Shown here in pieces: positions 34,945-45,900 of a stretch of DNA of 64,000 bases. The DNA is from a virus. Lineage: Duplodnaviria > Caudoviricetes. Every line of letters starts with the position of its first letter. Positions within the stretch are counted from its first letter, which is position 1. A program made the position numbers and the translations under genes. The notes beneath the pieces were generated by a model. That model was given only the letters and a program-made list of their open reading frames with translations. It searched no databases and was not told where the DNA came from. The DNA is taken from the IMG/VR virus record IMGVR_UViG_3300033073_001045, positions 1-64,000 of that record; one strand, 5' to 3'.

Positions 34945-37722
34945 TTAAGCTCCAATAGCGTCAAGTCTATTTTTTATTTCTTTTATGGCTAAAACTAAAT
35001 ATGCAGATAATCTGTCATAAGAGACAGACTCAATCTCTCCAGCATCATTATAATTAACTATTGTATTTAATTCTTGGATTTCCTCTACATCCTCAGCAAT
35101 TAAACCTGAAGTCAAAACTGGTATTGAATCTCCCATAAACTCTTGTTTATACTTAAATGTAGCTGGTTTTAGCTGACTAATAATGTCTAAATATCCAGTC
35201 TCATTTAAATATGATATGTTATCTTTATATCTAATACTTGATGAGCTAACACGCATATAACCAGATGAATCCTGAACAATAGTGGTACCACTATTTACCC
35301 CTAAAGTATTTGCGTATATATTTCCTGATGGTAACAATTTGGTTTTCATGGTACCAACAGTGTCATTTGCTGCACCGCTATGTCCAACCATAACAGATCC
35401 ACTTATTCTTACGTCATTCCACCTATATGTTTGTGTACCTAAATCATAATTTGCGCCACCACCCCAATATGGGTAACAGTGTGATGTCCACCCACCAATA
35501 GTAGTATTTTTAAATCCAATAGAACCAACAACTAATCCTGTTACACCATTTAGTGTTCCTTGACTATCAATATAAGCAGCTGTATCTGTTGCTGTATTGA
35601 CAGCCAGCCTTCCACTAAAAGTTCCAGATGCTCCAGTAATATTTCCTTTAAATACTGCGTTGCCGCTAGAATTTATAGAAAATAAAGTAGCTCCAGTAGA
35701 ATCATACGCTGCAATTCCTGCACTATTTAATATAACCATATTAGCGCCAGGTGTAGCTGTAGTATCAGTATTGATCTTAAATCCGCTAGATGTAATTGTT
35801 ATTCCGTTAGAATTTATTGATGTTACTTGATTTTGTGCATTTGCTATTAAATATCCACCAGCTTCAAGTTTTGTATTTAATGCAGTTTTAGTGGCATATG
35901 TAGTATCTGTTCTTTGTGTCCAAGATGCTCCAGTCCAGGTTTTTATAATGTTTCCGTTGGCTGTATCTATCCAAATATCTCCAACTCTTGTTGCTGTTGG
36001 TGTTGTATCTTGAGCAAAAGTAGAATTTTTTGTAGCCAAAGATGTTGTAGTGGCATATCCGCTTAAAGATGCAACAGTAGCGTAATTAGATAATGAAGCA
36101 GTTGTCGCATAGCCATCAATTGTTGAGCTTGAAAAAACAGCTCCAGTAGCATATAGCTTTCCATTTTTATCTACCCTAAATGGAGCATTTGCTGCTGTCT
36201 GAGAGCCAACCCAAATTCTATATGTGGCATCGCTTGCACTTAATTTAACAATTGATGCCAGTGTTCCACTTGTATCACCTACTGTAAGATTACCGTTGCT
36301 TTCAAGTTTTGTATTGCTACTATAGATAGATCCTGTTGTTTGAGCAGTTCCATCTATTGTCCATCCACCTATATAGCCCTTACGTGCATCAATCTTTCCA
36401 TCTGCTGCTTGTATTGCTACTGTTTGTACACCAGCTGAATCATGTGCAAATAGTCCGCTTGGCTGCATAACAACTCTTCCAGCAGTTAAAGACCCAGCAT
36501 ATATACTTCCAGTAGTTACTTCTAAATTACCAGTAAACGTTCCACCTGTTGCATTTATTTTGCCAGTTGTATATAAATCTGATCCGTCCCAGTATAAAAA
36601 TGATGTAGCGCTTCCAACCCTAAACTGACCAGTATTTAGCCAATAATTATGACCACGATTTGTTGTAGATTTATTTAATATGATTCCACTATAAGTTCCA
36701 TCTACCTGAGATGGGGTAGTCGTCGTTGAAGTATTTATTGACTGTGATATGCCAGTGCCGATTTTAAATAAGTCAGCAGTTTTTCCACCAATAGATAAAA
36801 TTGATCTTAGCTGTGCCCAAGCATCAGAAGGTGCAGTTGAATCAACGTATGGGCCCATAGTTTTTGTTACGGCAGTAGACCAACTGATTGCATTAAATGG
36901 ACTTACCGCTGTAACTTGATAATAATATAATGTATTTGGAAGAGCGCCAGTTACAGTAAATCTAGTTGTAGCTTTTCCGTCAACTTTGCCATATTCCCAT
37001 AAAGGATTTGTAGTGGTGGCTGGATTTTGAGTTGTCCACCTAATTGCATAGCCATTAGTATTTGAATCTGTGTTTGCTGTCCATGTTATTACTATGCCAG
37101 CATTAAATCCAGTTAAGTCTGCAGCATCCTGAACCATAGTTCCAGAAGTTGAGCCTGGTGCGGATGGCGCAGTTGTTGTGTCAACTTCTGCATTGAGTGG
37201 TGTTACTGGACCAGCAGTAGTTTCAGATATATTTGTATCAAGCCACCTATCTCTTGTTACAACCTTAACCCATCTTGGTGCAAAGTCTGGTGTATTTATA
37301 GACATACTGTTTGCTGTACCAACATAAACAATGTACTGTTCTCCAGCAAATGCACCAGTTAAGCTTTCATAAACTATTACATCTTCATGTTCACTTCCAG
37401 CCTGAAAATCAAACTTGACTCCATATGATTTAAGTCCTGGTGTCAAAACTAAATTCAATACTGGTTTTGTTAAATTAGGGATATCGAACGTGGTCTCAAT
37501 CCACGGCGATAAATCTCCCTGTACTTCTGCACCAGTAGTTTCATCTTTATAAATATAAGCAGCCTGAAATCTATATTTTTTATATTTTACTAAAGGTAAA
37601 TCAATTATTTTTGTGTAGGATGATGCACTTACAGACGATGCGGCTTTAATCGCATCTTCTGTCTTTATTTGTAAATCTGGAGGAAGTGATACTCCTCCGC
37701 CACCACCTAATGAATCCAACAT
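34945..37722 (-). CDS. Tail fibre/spike with FN3 domain and C-terminal intramolecular chaperone (peptidase S74)
   Basis: ALPNTLYYYQVTAV (FN3); SSIRYKDNI ... GLIAEDV ... LAIKEI (S74). Confidence 0.85.
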   Translation of the reverse strand: MLDSLGGGGGVSLPPDLQIKTEDAIKAASSVSASSYTKIIDLPLVKYKKYRFQAAYIYKDETTGAEVQGDLSPWIETTFDIPNLTKPVLNLVLTPGLKSYGVKFDFQAGSEHEDVIVYESLTGAFAGEQYIVYVGTANSMSINTPDFAPRWVKVVTRDRWLDTNISETTAGPVTPLNAEVDTTTAPSAPGSTSGTMVQDAADLTGFNAGIVITWTANTDSNTNGYAIRWTTQNPATTTNPLWEYGKVDGKATTRFTVTGALPNTLYYYQVTAVSPFNAISWSTAVTKTMGPYVDSTAPSDAWAQLRSILSIGGKTADLFKIGTGISQSINTSTTTTPSQVDGTYSGIILNKSTTNRGHNYWLNTGQFRVGSATSFLYWDGSDLYTTGKINATGGTFTGNLEVTTGSIYAGSLTAGRVVMQPSGLFAHDSAGVQTVAIQAADGKIDARKGYIGGWTIDGTAQTTGSIYSSNTKLESNGNLTVGDTSGTLASIVKLSASDATYRIWVGSQTAANAPFRVDKNGKLYATGAVFSSSTIDGYATTASLSNYATVASLSGYATTTSLATKNSTFAQDTTPTATRVGDIWIDTANGNIIKTWTGASWTQRTDTTYATKTALNTKLEAGGYLIANAQNQVTSINSNGITITSSGFKINTDTTATPGANMVILNSAGIAAYDSTGATLFSINSSGNAVFKGNITGASGTFSGRLAVNTATDTAAYIDSQGTLNGVTGLVVGSIGFKNTTIGGWTSHCYPYWGGGANYDLGTQTYRWNDVRISGSVMVGHSGAANDTVGTMKTKLLPSGNIYANTLGVNSGTTIVQDSSGYMRVSSSSIRYKDNISYLNETGYLDIISQLKPATFKYKQEFMGDSIPVLTSGLIAEDVEEIQELNTIVNYNDAGEIESVSYDRLSAYLVLAIKEIKNRLDAIGA

Positions 37723-38694
37723 TTAAAAATTAATTCCTAACCTATATTCGATATCCATTTCTTTGCCAAGCTCTTTAATTTGCGGGCTTGTTAATACTGA
37801 TCTACTTATCATTCCATAATCTGTTCTAAATGAATCTTCATCATTAATTCTTAATCCATCAAACAAAACAACTGAATCTAAACCAGTATTTGCTTTAACT
37901 CCAACTGAAATTTTTTTAATATCTTTTGTAGGTGACCCAACGTTGTACCCTGTTGTGTCATCAACATCTATGTTATTGTATGGATATCTTAGGTTTATTT
38001 TAGAAAGCCTATTTTTAATTGAATCTCCTTGAAATCTAACTTCATAGTAGTCTGTGTCAGAACTGTACATTCTAATAAACACATAGTCTAAATTCAAATC
38101 TGTTTGTCTATAGGCCAAAGTTAAACTATCATTTGCGCTATATCCAGTAAGATCTATATCTGTTGTATAGGAGTATTCCTTGATTGCGCCATTTTCAGAT
38201 GTTACGGACATCCAGTTGGTTCCTATAGGTGGAACTGGATCTGTTTCTGATTGTGCTGGAAGAGAAACCTCATCTAACCAAAATAAAGGATTTTCAAAAG
38301 TTGAAATAATTTGGCTTTGATAATCAGAGCTGCCAAAAGAAATAGATGGGAATATACCTACCTCATAAATATATCCAGCAACATCTACTGGCAAAGTTGC
38401 TTTATATACAACTGCATATGATGATACTCCAGTTGCTGCATCTGTCTGAATATCTGAACTTTCAATGGCAGCTCTTATTCTATAAAATTCAAAATCAAGT
38501 TGTGTATTATTAACGGATGCCTCTGAAGTTCCAATACCAATTGCAATATCTTTTGACTGGCCAGCGCCGACACCAGCTAAATACTGAGTAAGAAATCTTT
38601 TTCCAAATTTGGTAATTATGTTTTTATTTCTTGATATCTCTTTGCCGTCTTTATAAAATATATATGTTCCAGTCATATTTAAATTATTGTCCAT
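37723..38694 (-). CDS. Minor tail/baseplate protein
   Basis: NIITKFG ... IAIGIG ... LDFEFYR; position in the tail cluster. Confidence 0.6.
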   Translation of the reverse strand: MDNNLNMTGTYIFYKDGKEISRNKNIITKFGKRFLTQYLAGVGAGQSKDIAIGIGTSEASVNNTQLDFEFYRIRAAIESSDIQTDAATGVSSYAVVYKATLPVDVAGYIYEVGIFPSISFGSSDYQSQIISTFENPLFWLDEVSLPAQSETDPVPPIGTNWMSVTSENGAIKEYSYTTDIDLTGYSANDSLTLAYRQTDLNLDYVFIRMYSSDTDYYEVRFQGDSIKNRLSKINLRYPYNNIDVDDTTGYNVGSPTKDIKKISVGVKANTGLDSVVLFDGLRINDEDSFRTDYGMISRSVLTSPQIKELGKEMDIEYRLGINF

Positions 38695-39040
38695 AAACTT
38701 TAGCCCCCACTACCGATTCACCAACATGGTTTTTAACGTTAATTGTAAATCTAACAAAATCATTTCCATTGCCGTCACGAACTTTTTCCTTTTTTAATAT
38801 AGTAATATCCGATAGATATGGAGCTTCTAAACCAGTAGGTTCATTTGGATCATCTGGACTATCTGGATCATCTGGGTCATCTGGGTCAGGTGCACCAACT
38901 CCACTTGATTTTCCCGTTAAAGTGTTACCAGGAACAACATTTACCAGATCAGATTTAAGTACGTCAATTAAAGGGTCGCCCTCAATTAAATTAAATTTGG
39001 CTGACCGTACTAGTTTACCAGCTGGAGTATTTTTGCTCAT
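38684..39040 (-). CDS. Small virion protein with PDD repeats
   Basis: PDPDDPDDPDSPDDP; leaderless TGGTAGAAT-N6-ATG. Confidence 0.6.
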   Translation of the reverse strand: MSKNTPAGKLVRSAKFNLIEGDPLIDVLKSDLVNVVPGNTLTGKSSGVGAPDPDDPDDPDSPDDPNEPTGLEAPYLSDITILKKEKVRDGNGNDFVRFTINVKNHVGESVVGAKVYGQ

Positions 39041-39057
39041 ATTAACATTCTACCATT

Positions 39058-42000
39058 TCATTCAGTATAAATCGATCTAGCTTTGATGGATGTTGTGCCG
39101 TTCAAATCAGAGCTATTAGATACCTCTATAATAACATACTTGCCCACCGTTTGACCAGTGTCTTCTGACGAGTAAAAATTATTAGATGGGTATGATATTT
39201 CAACCACATCTCCTATTTTAAGAAGCGGATTAAAGAACGTCTCAATTGAAACAACTCTCTGCTGCTTTGACCATTGTTTTTTAATCCAATCATGTAAGGA
39301 TTTTGCTTCACTTTCTTTTTGAAGCCACGTTGACTCAAATGCAATGCCTTGTTTTTTATCCTCTTCAGAAGCATTTATATCTACATACTCAAATGGGTCT
39401 TTTGGAAGCACGTAATTACCAACAACTATAAATCTTTTATCGGCACCGTCTGCAAGTTCTGTGAATGCGCCTGAGTTATTCATAACAAAAACATCCATGG
39501 AAAATGAATCTAATGATTCCCCAATTACAGTAACATTTGGATTTAAAATTGTTTGAGTATACTTTGGTGTTCCAGGGGAATAGTAATATCTGGTTTGAAT
39601 TCTTCTTATTTCTCTTGCAACTGGACCAAATTCTTTAAGCCATACTGGAGAATCTGTTACATTTGCTTTACCGCTGAACACAAAATCTGAAAAATATTTT
39701 ACAATTGCTGAGTTGGCACCAAGGTATCCTTGATATAAATTATATGATTGATTTTGAGTATATTCTGAATCAGATATTGGTTTAACATAAATATAATCAT
39801 ATGATACTGGACCTTGATATGAACATAAAGCAATTTTTTTTGTTATGGTTAATGGTGTTTTGTCATGTATAGCAAATGTAGTATTATTAAACATTATTTT
39901 AAATACTAAATTTCTTTCAGTACCATTTTTTATTGTTTCGTTTACTTTTATATCTACTCTATATAGCTCTCCGCCAGATATTCCAGTTATAGCAGATTTT
40001 CCAGAATTTGTCTGAGTGTCGCTCATTTCTACAAGTTTACCAGCAACAATCTTATACATAGTTATATCTCTATAATTTTTATCCTTGGTAACATTTTGAC
40101 TAGTATTTATACATAAAAAGTATCCACTAGTATTATCTTCATTTAAGCAAAAAGCAATTCCACCCTTTGTTCTTTGTTCTGCAGTATCTTGACCAGATGC
40201 AGTTTTTAATAGAGGAAAATACATGCTAGTCCCAATTACAAAATTTTTGCTAGCAAATGATCCTTGATCATTTGTATAATTATTTACTGGCCCGTTAGTA
40301 AAGTCTTGTTCTATTGTATTTGGAGACACCATAGTTAATAAATTGTTATCTGTATATATAGTTGTTACTACACCGTCCTTATCAGTTGATTGCGCTGAAA
40401 CAGTATTAGGTGCAAATATAGTCATCATAGATCTTGGAACATCTTGCGAAAAGTTTTCTGACCACTGATTATTTTTAGCTGGTATGGTGTCTAACGTAAA
40501 CTTAGTATTGTTTAAAGAAGACGTACCAGACTTAGTATCTAAAATTCTTCCAGACCACTCAAGCTTCAATTTTTCAGTATTTACTTCATGTGCTATTGGA
40601 GCTGGTAGGACACCAAATGCATTTCTTGTTTTAATTCTATACTGAGAGTCTGGTGCAAATGTATTTGGCTTGGAAAGTCCCTCAAACTTGCTTATATCTG
40701 AATCACTTGTTATCCAAACATATTTTAATCCAGATTCATCTACTGGCATGTAGTGAAACTTAATTGCATCATATTCTATTATTTCTTGATTTATTACAAG
40801 GTATCCAGAATATGCATTTAACTTTGTTGCATACCCGTCGATAACAATTGGCTGAAGTGTGACTACGCCAAGAGGTGCAGCTCCAGTTCCATTTAAATCT
40901 GGCTCAGGTGTTGCAGATGCTGGTAATGAATTTATAAGTGCAGCTGCACCCAAAATCATTACTGGTGCATCATATAAGTCATCAGCATTTTTTCCAGCAT
41001 ATGAAGAAGATAATCTTGGAGTATATGATATTTTAACTGTTTTTACAGATGGAACATCTGAAGAATTCATTGCTATTATGTTAGATAGATTGAGTCCCTT
41101 ATTGTCGTATCTAAATTTAAAATCTGACGTTCTATTTTTAAATATATACTCTCTGGTATAAAACTGTAAAATATTGTTCTCATCAAAAGTTGCAATCATC
41201 TGAGTATCTTTACAAAGATCTTGAATGTGTTGCCAAACGGTTTTAGCATTATCCGTGTACCAATAGTATGGTCGAATACTAGATGTATCTGGATCAGCCT
41301 TATTAAAGTTATAGTTTGTAAATCCTACTGAATCAAGAAGTCTTCTAACTATAGACTGAGAGGATGATTCCTGTATAACTATATCTGGAGGGAATATTTC
41401 CTGTAATTCTTTAGCCCCATCTAATGCTTGGGCGGAAACATTTCCAAATTCATCAATACTATATTCTGATAAAAAATATATTCCTTGTTTTATATTTTCA
41501 GATCCTATTTGAAAAAATGGCCTAATAATAATATCTTTATAAAAGTTTGTTTTTGTAGTATCAAATGCATAAGTTTTGTCATAAGAGAAACAAGATTTAT
41601 CAAAAAAATTAAACGAGTAATCAGAATAGTTTGAGGTTACGTTGCCCACTGGTAATAGTCCATCAGCTTCATCTGACGCATTTTTTGTTATATTAAATGA
41701 CACTAGGTTGTCAGATATATCTTTAACATATCTTCCAGACATTTCAATTATTCCGATATAGCCGTTAGCAACTGTTACTGTATTGATCTGAAGAGATAGT
41801 TTGCTTATATTTATTGGTGACGACGGTGATATAAATTCTGTAGTAGTCCAACTTGTTCCATTATAATATAAGTTTAAAATACCATCTGATGGTATAGATA
41901 CTGTTGCATTTGATGCAATTGTTAATTCACCGCCAGATATTTGAGTAGCTTTTATAGACCATGTTGCTGGAAGTCCGTGTGATGATTCAAATTTAATGGT

Positions 42001-42468
42001 TACCTTATTAATTGCGGCTGTCTTTGCTGCTGGATAATTAACACTAATTATACAATTAGATAGTGATGTTCCAGATGCTTTTGGTGTTACCCAATATTTA
42101 TAAGCTGTTTTAATTCCAGGCAAATACATGCGTGTAGTATAAGCTTTATCTGCAGAATATGTAATTGTTTTAGATGCAGATGGGTCGCCAAGAATAAAAT
42201 ATTGAATACCAGACCCTTGTGGTCGTCTTGGATTAATTATTGATGCGATTGGAAATAACTTTGTGAATGGTTTATACGTTGATCCATCACTAGCTGTTTT
42301 TGCAACTTCTAGGTCACCTTCAGGTTTTGCATCTGTTCCATTTGGACCACGTACTGTAACACCATCAATTAAATCATTCATATTGTATTCAAGCCAACAT
42401 TTTGGCGTCATGCTAATTGATGCAGATTGATTAATAGTATCTAATGTTGTCTGTGTTACATTAATCAT
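39058..42468 (-). CDS. Large minor tail (hub/tip) protein
   Basis: 1136 aa, two genes after the tape measure; C-terminal NPLLKIGDVVEI motif typical of tail hubs. Confidence 0.75.
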   Translation of the reverse strand: MINVTQTTLDTINQSASISMTPKCWLEYNMNDLIDGVTVRGPNGTDAKPEGDLEVAKTASDGSTYKPFTKLFPIASIINPRRPQGSGIQYFILGDPSASKTITYSADKAYTTRMYLPGIKTAYKYWVTPKASGTSLSNCIISVNYPAAKTAAINKVTIKFESSHGLPATWSIKATQISGGELTIASNATVSIPSDGILNLYYNGTSWTTTEFISPSSPINISKLSLQINTVTVANGYIGIIEMSGRYVKDISDNLVSFNITKNASDEADGLLPVGNVTSNYSDYSFNFFDKSCFSYDKTYAFDTTKTNFYKDIIIRPFFQIGSENIKQGIYFLSEYSIDEFGNVSAQALDGAKELQEIFPPDIVIQESSSQSIVRRLLDSVGFTNYNFNKADPDTSSIRPYYWYTDNAKTVWQHIQDLCKDTQMIATFDENNILQFYTREYIFKNRTSDFKFRYDNKGLNLSNIIAMNSSDVPSVKTVKISYTPRLSSSYAGKNADDLYDAPVMILGAAALINSLPASATPEPDLNGTGAAPLGVVTLQPIVIDGYATKLNAYSGYLVINQEIIEYDAIKFHYMPVDESGLKYVWITSDSDISKFEGLSKPNTFAPDSQYRIKTRNAFGVLPAPIAHEVNTEKLKLEWSGRILDTKSGTSSLNNTKFTLDTIPAKNNQWSENFSQDVPRSMMTIFAPNTVSAQSTDKDGVVTTIYTDNNLLTMVSPNTIEQDFTNGPVNNYTNDQGSFASKNFVIGTSMYFPLLKTASGQDTAEQRTKGGIAFCLNEDNTSGYFLCINTSQNVTKDKNYRDITMYKIVAGKLVEMSDTQTNSGKSAITGISGGELYRVDIKVNETIKNGTERNLVFKIMFNNTTFAIHDKTPLTITKKIALCSYQGPVSYDYIYVKPISDSEYTQNQSYNLYQGYLGANSAIVKYFSDFVFSGKANVTDSPVWLKEFGPVAREIRRIQTRYYYSPGTPKYTQTILNPNVTVIGESLDSFSMDVFVMNNSGAFTELADGADKRFIVVGNYVLPKDPFEYVDINASEEDKKQGIAFESTWLQKESEAKSLHDWIKKQWSKQQRVVSIETFFNPLLKIGDVVEISYPSNNFYSSEDTGQTVGKYVIIEVSNSSDLNGTTSIKARSIYTE

Positions 42469-42926
42469 TAGATTTCTTCCAGAGATATATCAACGTTCCA
42501 AAATTCTTGTGGGTCTAGTCCACTTTCCATCTTTACATTTCTTCTAATAACATTAAATGAGGCAGACTGAAAGAAGGCTGTAAATATCTCATCTCTAGCA
42601 GAGACTCCGTTGTAAGATACTTTTACCTTAAAAGAACCCTTTCCTTTATTTAAATAAAAGGTTTTAAGATCTTGAGCTCCCATTCCACCATCTATTGTCA
42701 TAGAAGAAAATGATGGAATCATGCTCCATGAGGTGCTAATAGTTTTTTTATCAGCAATATGAATTTTTCTTAATGAGCCATTTGCCATTCTTGCTGTTTG
42801 CTCATGCCTATATATATCTGTAGAAATAGCTGACCTATTATGCTCAGACAACTTTGTCCATGTTGGTGTACTAGTTGTTGAGGTATCAATAAACAATGCT
42901 GATCCTACTGGTAGTGTTAAGCTCAT
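42468..42926 (-). CDS. Distal tail protein-like
   Basis: RMANGSLR; C-terminal ISLEEI; immediately follows the tape measure. Confidence 0.65.
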   Translation of the reverse strand: MSLTLPVGSALFIDTSTTSTPTWTKLSEHNRSAISTDIYRHEQTARMANGSLRKIHIADKKTISTSWSMIPSFSSMTIDGGMGAQDLKTFYLNKGKGSFKVKVSYNGVSARDEIFTAFFQSASFNVIRRNVKMESGLDPQEFWNVDISLEEI

Positions 42927-45900
42927 GTATTAATCCTCACGTTTTTAGAAGTTCCTACCATTTTAGCATTAGTTTTTATGCTATCCTGTAGGAACTCATA
43001 GGCTGCAACCTTTGCCTTCATTACTAATTGATCTTCATTCATTCCAGGCGCAGCATGAATATGTTGTGTATATTGAATTGTTGTTCCAGAGTGTTGCTGG
43101 GCGCTTCCCATTTGAAGTGCGGCTTTATTTACATCATATCTTGGAGAGCTAAATGGTATCTTTGCTAGGTTAGGAATAATCATTCCTCCAAACGCCATTT
43201 CTGGGCCACGGTCTCCAACAATTGTAGGGATGTTTGGATCTAGCTTCATTGTTCCGTATCCAGCTTTTTCTATATTCCAAGTATTATACTGTCCCTCTCC
43301 AGTTACTCTCCACTTTTTACCATTTTTATCTAGGAACTCAAGTCCCTTTCTAATTTGACCAGTCTGAATTCCAGCAGCATTTAGGTTGCCAGTACCTACT
43401 GTTGGATTTTTTGTGCTTGGGCTTATAGCAAAAGATATAGACTTCAAAGCTTGACCGTTCTTATCTACATTAGGACCAAGGTCAACTTTTTTACCATTGA
43501 TAATTATGTCTCCGCTGCCCATTGTAATTCCCTTTGAAGAAAGTGCGCTAGTAACTGCGTCAATCGGCTTACCCATCAATTTGAGAGCCTCAGATGCAAC
43601 ATCTACACCCTTTAAATCTCCCTTAATTACACCAGCAGCCTTGCCAGTTGTAAGGAGACTTGATGCATCCCCCTTGCCAGCCTTTGAATCCTTAATATAC
43701 TGATCTACAGTTTTGCCAGCAGCTATTGCATTCAAAACAAGTGTGGTCATTGCTTTATTAAAATCTTCTATCTTCTGTTTTTGTGTAGCAATCTTTTCAC
43801 CAAGTTTACCTAGATTTTCTGAAGCTAACGCAGCATTATCTGCAAGTTTTTCATTTGCTGAGTTTATTGCATCCATCTTTGCTTGAAGAGGTTTATTAGC
43901 GGCATCTCTAGCATTTTCGATAGCAGCTCTTTGAGAGTTGTACTGCATTGTACTCTGTATGCCCTTCATATCAAGGGACAACTGCTGTGCTTCTGCGGTA
44001 TTGCCTGTGGCTACTGCTGCTTCATATGCAGCCTTTTTCTTTTCAAGTTCTCTAGCTAAATCTGATTCTTGTTTTGCAGCATCAAGAGCTTTTAATCTAG
44101 CATCAGCAAGTTTATTATTTGCATCTATTTGCTTTTGTAGAGCTCTTAGCTGATCTCTTGTGCTAATTTGCTGAGCAACAGACTGACCCCTTGCTGCCTT
44201 TTGTAAAGCCTTATATTGATTTTCTAATTTACCAAGATAAGCGTATTGTTCTTTTAAAATACCAGTTTCATTTTGTTTTGCAATAGTAGCACTTGCAACA
44301 TCAGCTACTCTAGATAATGCAGCCACTGCTTCTGATCCAAGATTTGCAAGGTTGCCAGTAAATCCTTTAGCAGCTAGATTCATTTTTTGCCATAGGCTTA
44401 CTAGTGTATCGGCTGGATTAATAACCTTTTTAAGTGCTGGATTTTGTTTGATCATTTCTTCTCTGGTGGCTTGAGTTAATTTAACCTTTGATGCCTCAAG
44501 ATTATTTAATCTTTGTAACATTTTTTCTTGTGCTTCGTACTCTGTAAGAATCTTAGTATTACCAGTCTTGTCAGCCTTTGCTGCTTTTTTACTACGATCA
44601 ATTAAATCTTGGATGCCAGTATCAATTGCTGTCAATCCTGTATTTACTTGGTTTGCGCCTTCTCTTCCACCTTCTGACGCAGCAGTCTTATATCTAGATA
44701 CAGCTCTAGCAGCAGCATCTTGCTTTGTTTCAATTCTATTAAATCCAGCATTTTGAATTGTATAGCTAGATGCAGTTAAAGCTTTATTAGAAACTTTAAA
44801 CATTGCCCAGATTTTCTTTGTTGCTTCTTCTGCTGAAAGACCAGCAGCCATTAGTTGAACCTTTAAATCTTCTGCAAGTTTTTTAGTATTCTTTTCTCCC
44901 TTTGTTTGATTAATTAATTTAATTTGATCACTGTATGTTTCTTTAACTTCTTTTCTAAGCTTCTTATATTCTTCAATTGTCATTTTAATTGGGGTGCCAG
45001 CATTTTGCATGCTTTCGTATAGCAGTTGATTTTTTTCTCTTAAAGCTTGAATATTTGCAGCAGTCTCTGCTAGTTTACTGCTATAGTCTGTATACTTAAG
45101 CCCAGCTTTCTTTGCTGCCTCTGATGTAAGTCCATACTGTAGCATTCCAATTCTTAAATGCTCATTATGATCTTTCCATCTTTTATTTGCAATAATCAGT
45201 GCTGTGGCACCTATTCCAACTGCAAGATTTAAACGTGTAAGCGCCTTAAGTCCAAATCCAGCAAGTCTAGCAAATTTGCTTGTACTTCCAGATAGAGATT
45301 CAAGTTTACTTCCATACGATGTTAAGTTTCTTAAATCTTTACCATTAACAGAAACCCCTTCAACTGCTTTTGTTGCTCCTATTGGTGCAGTCCATTTACC
45401 CTTAGAGGTAATAGGTGCCTTAGATCCGCCACCGCCCATTGAACCCATTCCAAGCATAGAGCCAAGCATTGCTCCAATCATCTCACCGCCAGGGATACCG
45501 CTCATCTTTCCAAGTGTTTGACCGCCAAACATTCCAAGCATTTGCATCATCATTAGCTTAATCATTCCTCCAGCATTATATCCATTTGGAATAATGCCAC
45601 CAGAATTTCTTGGCACAAATATTTCTGGTCCATTTTCGCCAACAATATATGGTTTATTTCCAGATACTGGTCCGCCCATCTCTCTACCCTCAAGCTTAAA
45701 AATTAATTGTTTTAATGAATCTGTTAATGGGGTTTCTTTCTTTGACTCCCAATTGACATACTTCTTTTTAAGTATGTCTCTATCTATGTCAGATAGCCTT
45801 CTACGAGCCTCTGGAGCCGATAAGAGAGACGATGCGGCAGACCTTATAACAGAGTCTAGAACGCTTGGTTCTAAGGCCTTTATTAGGCTTCCAGCGGCGT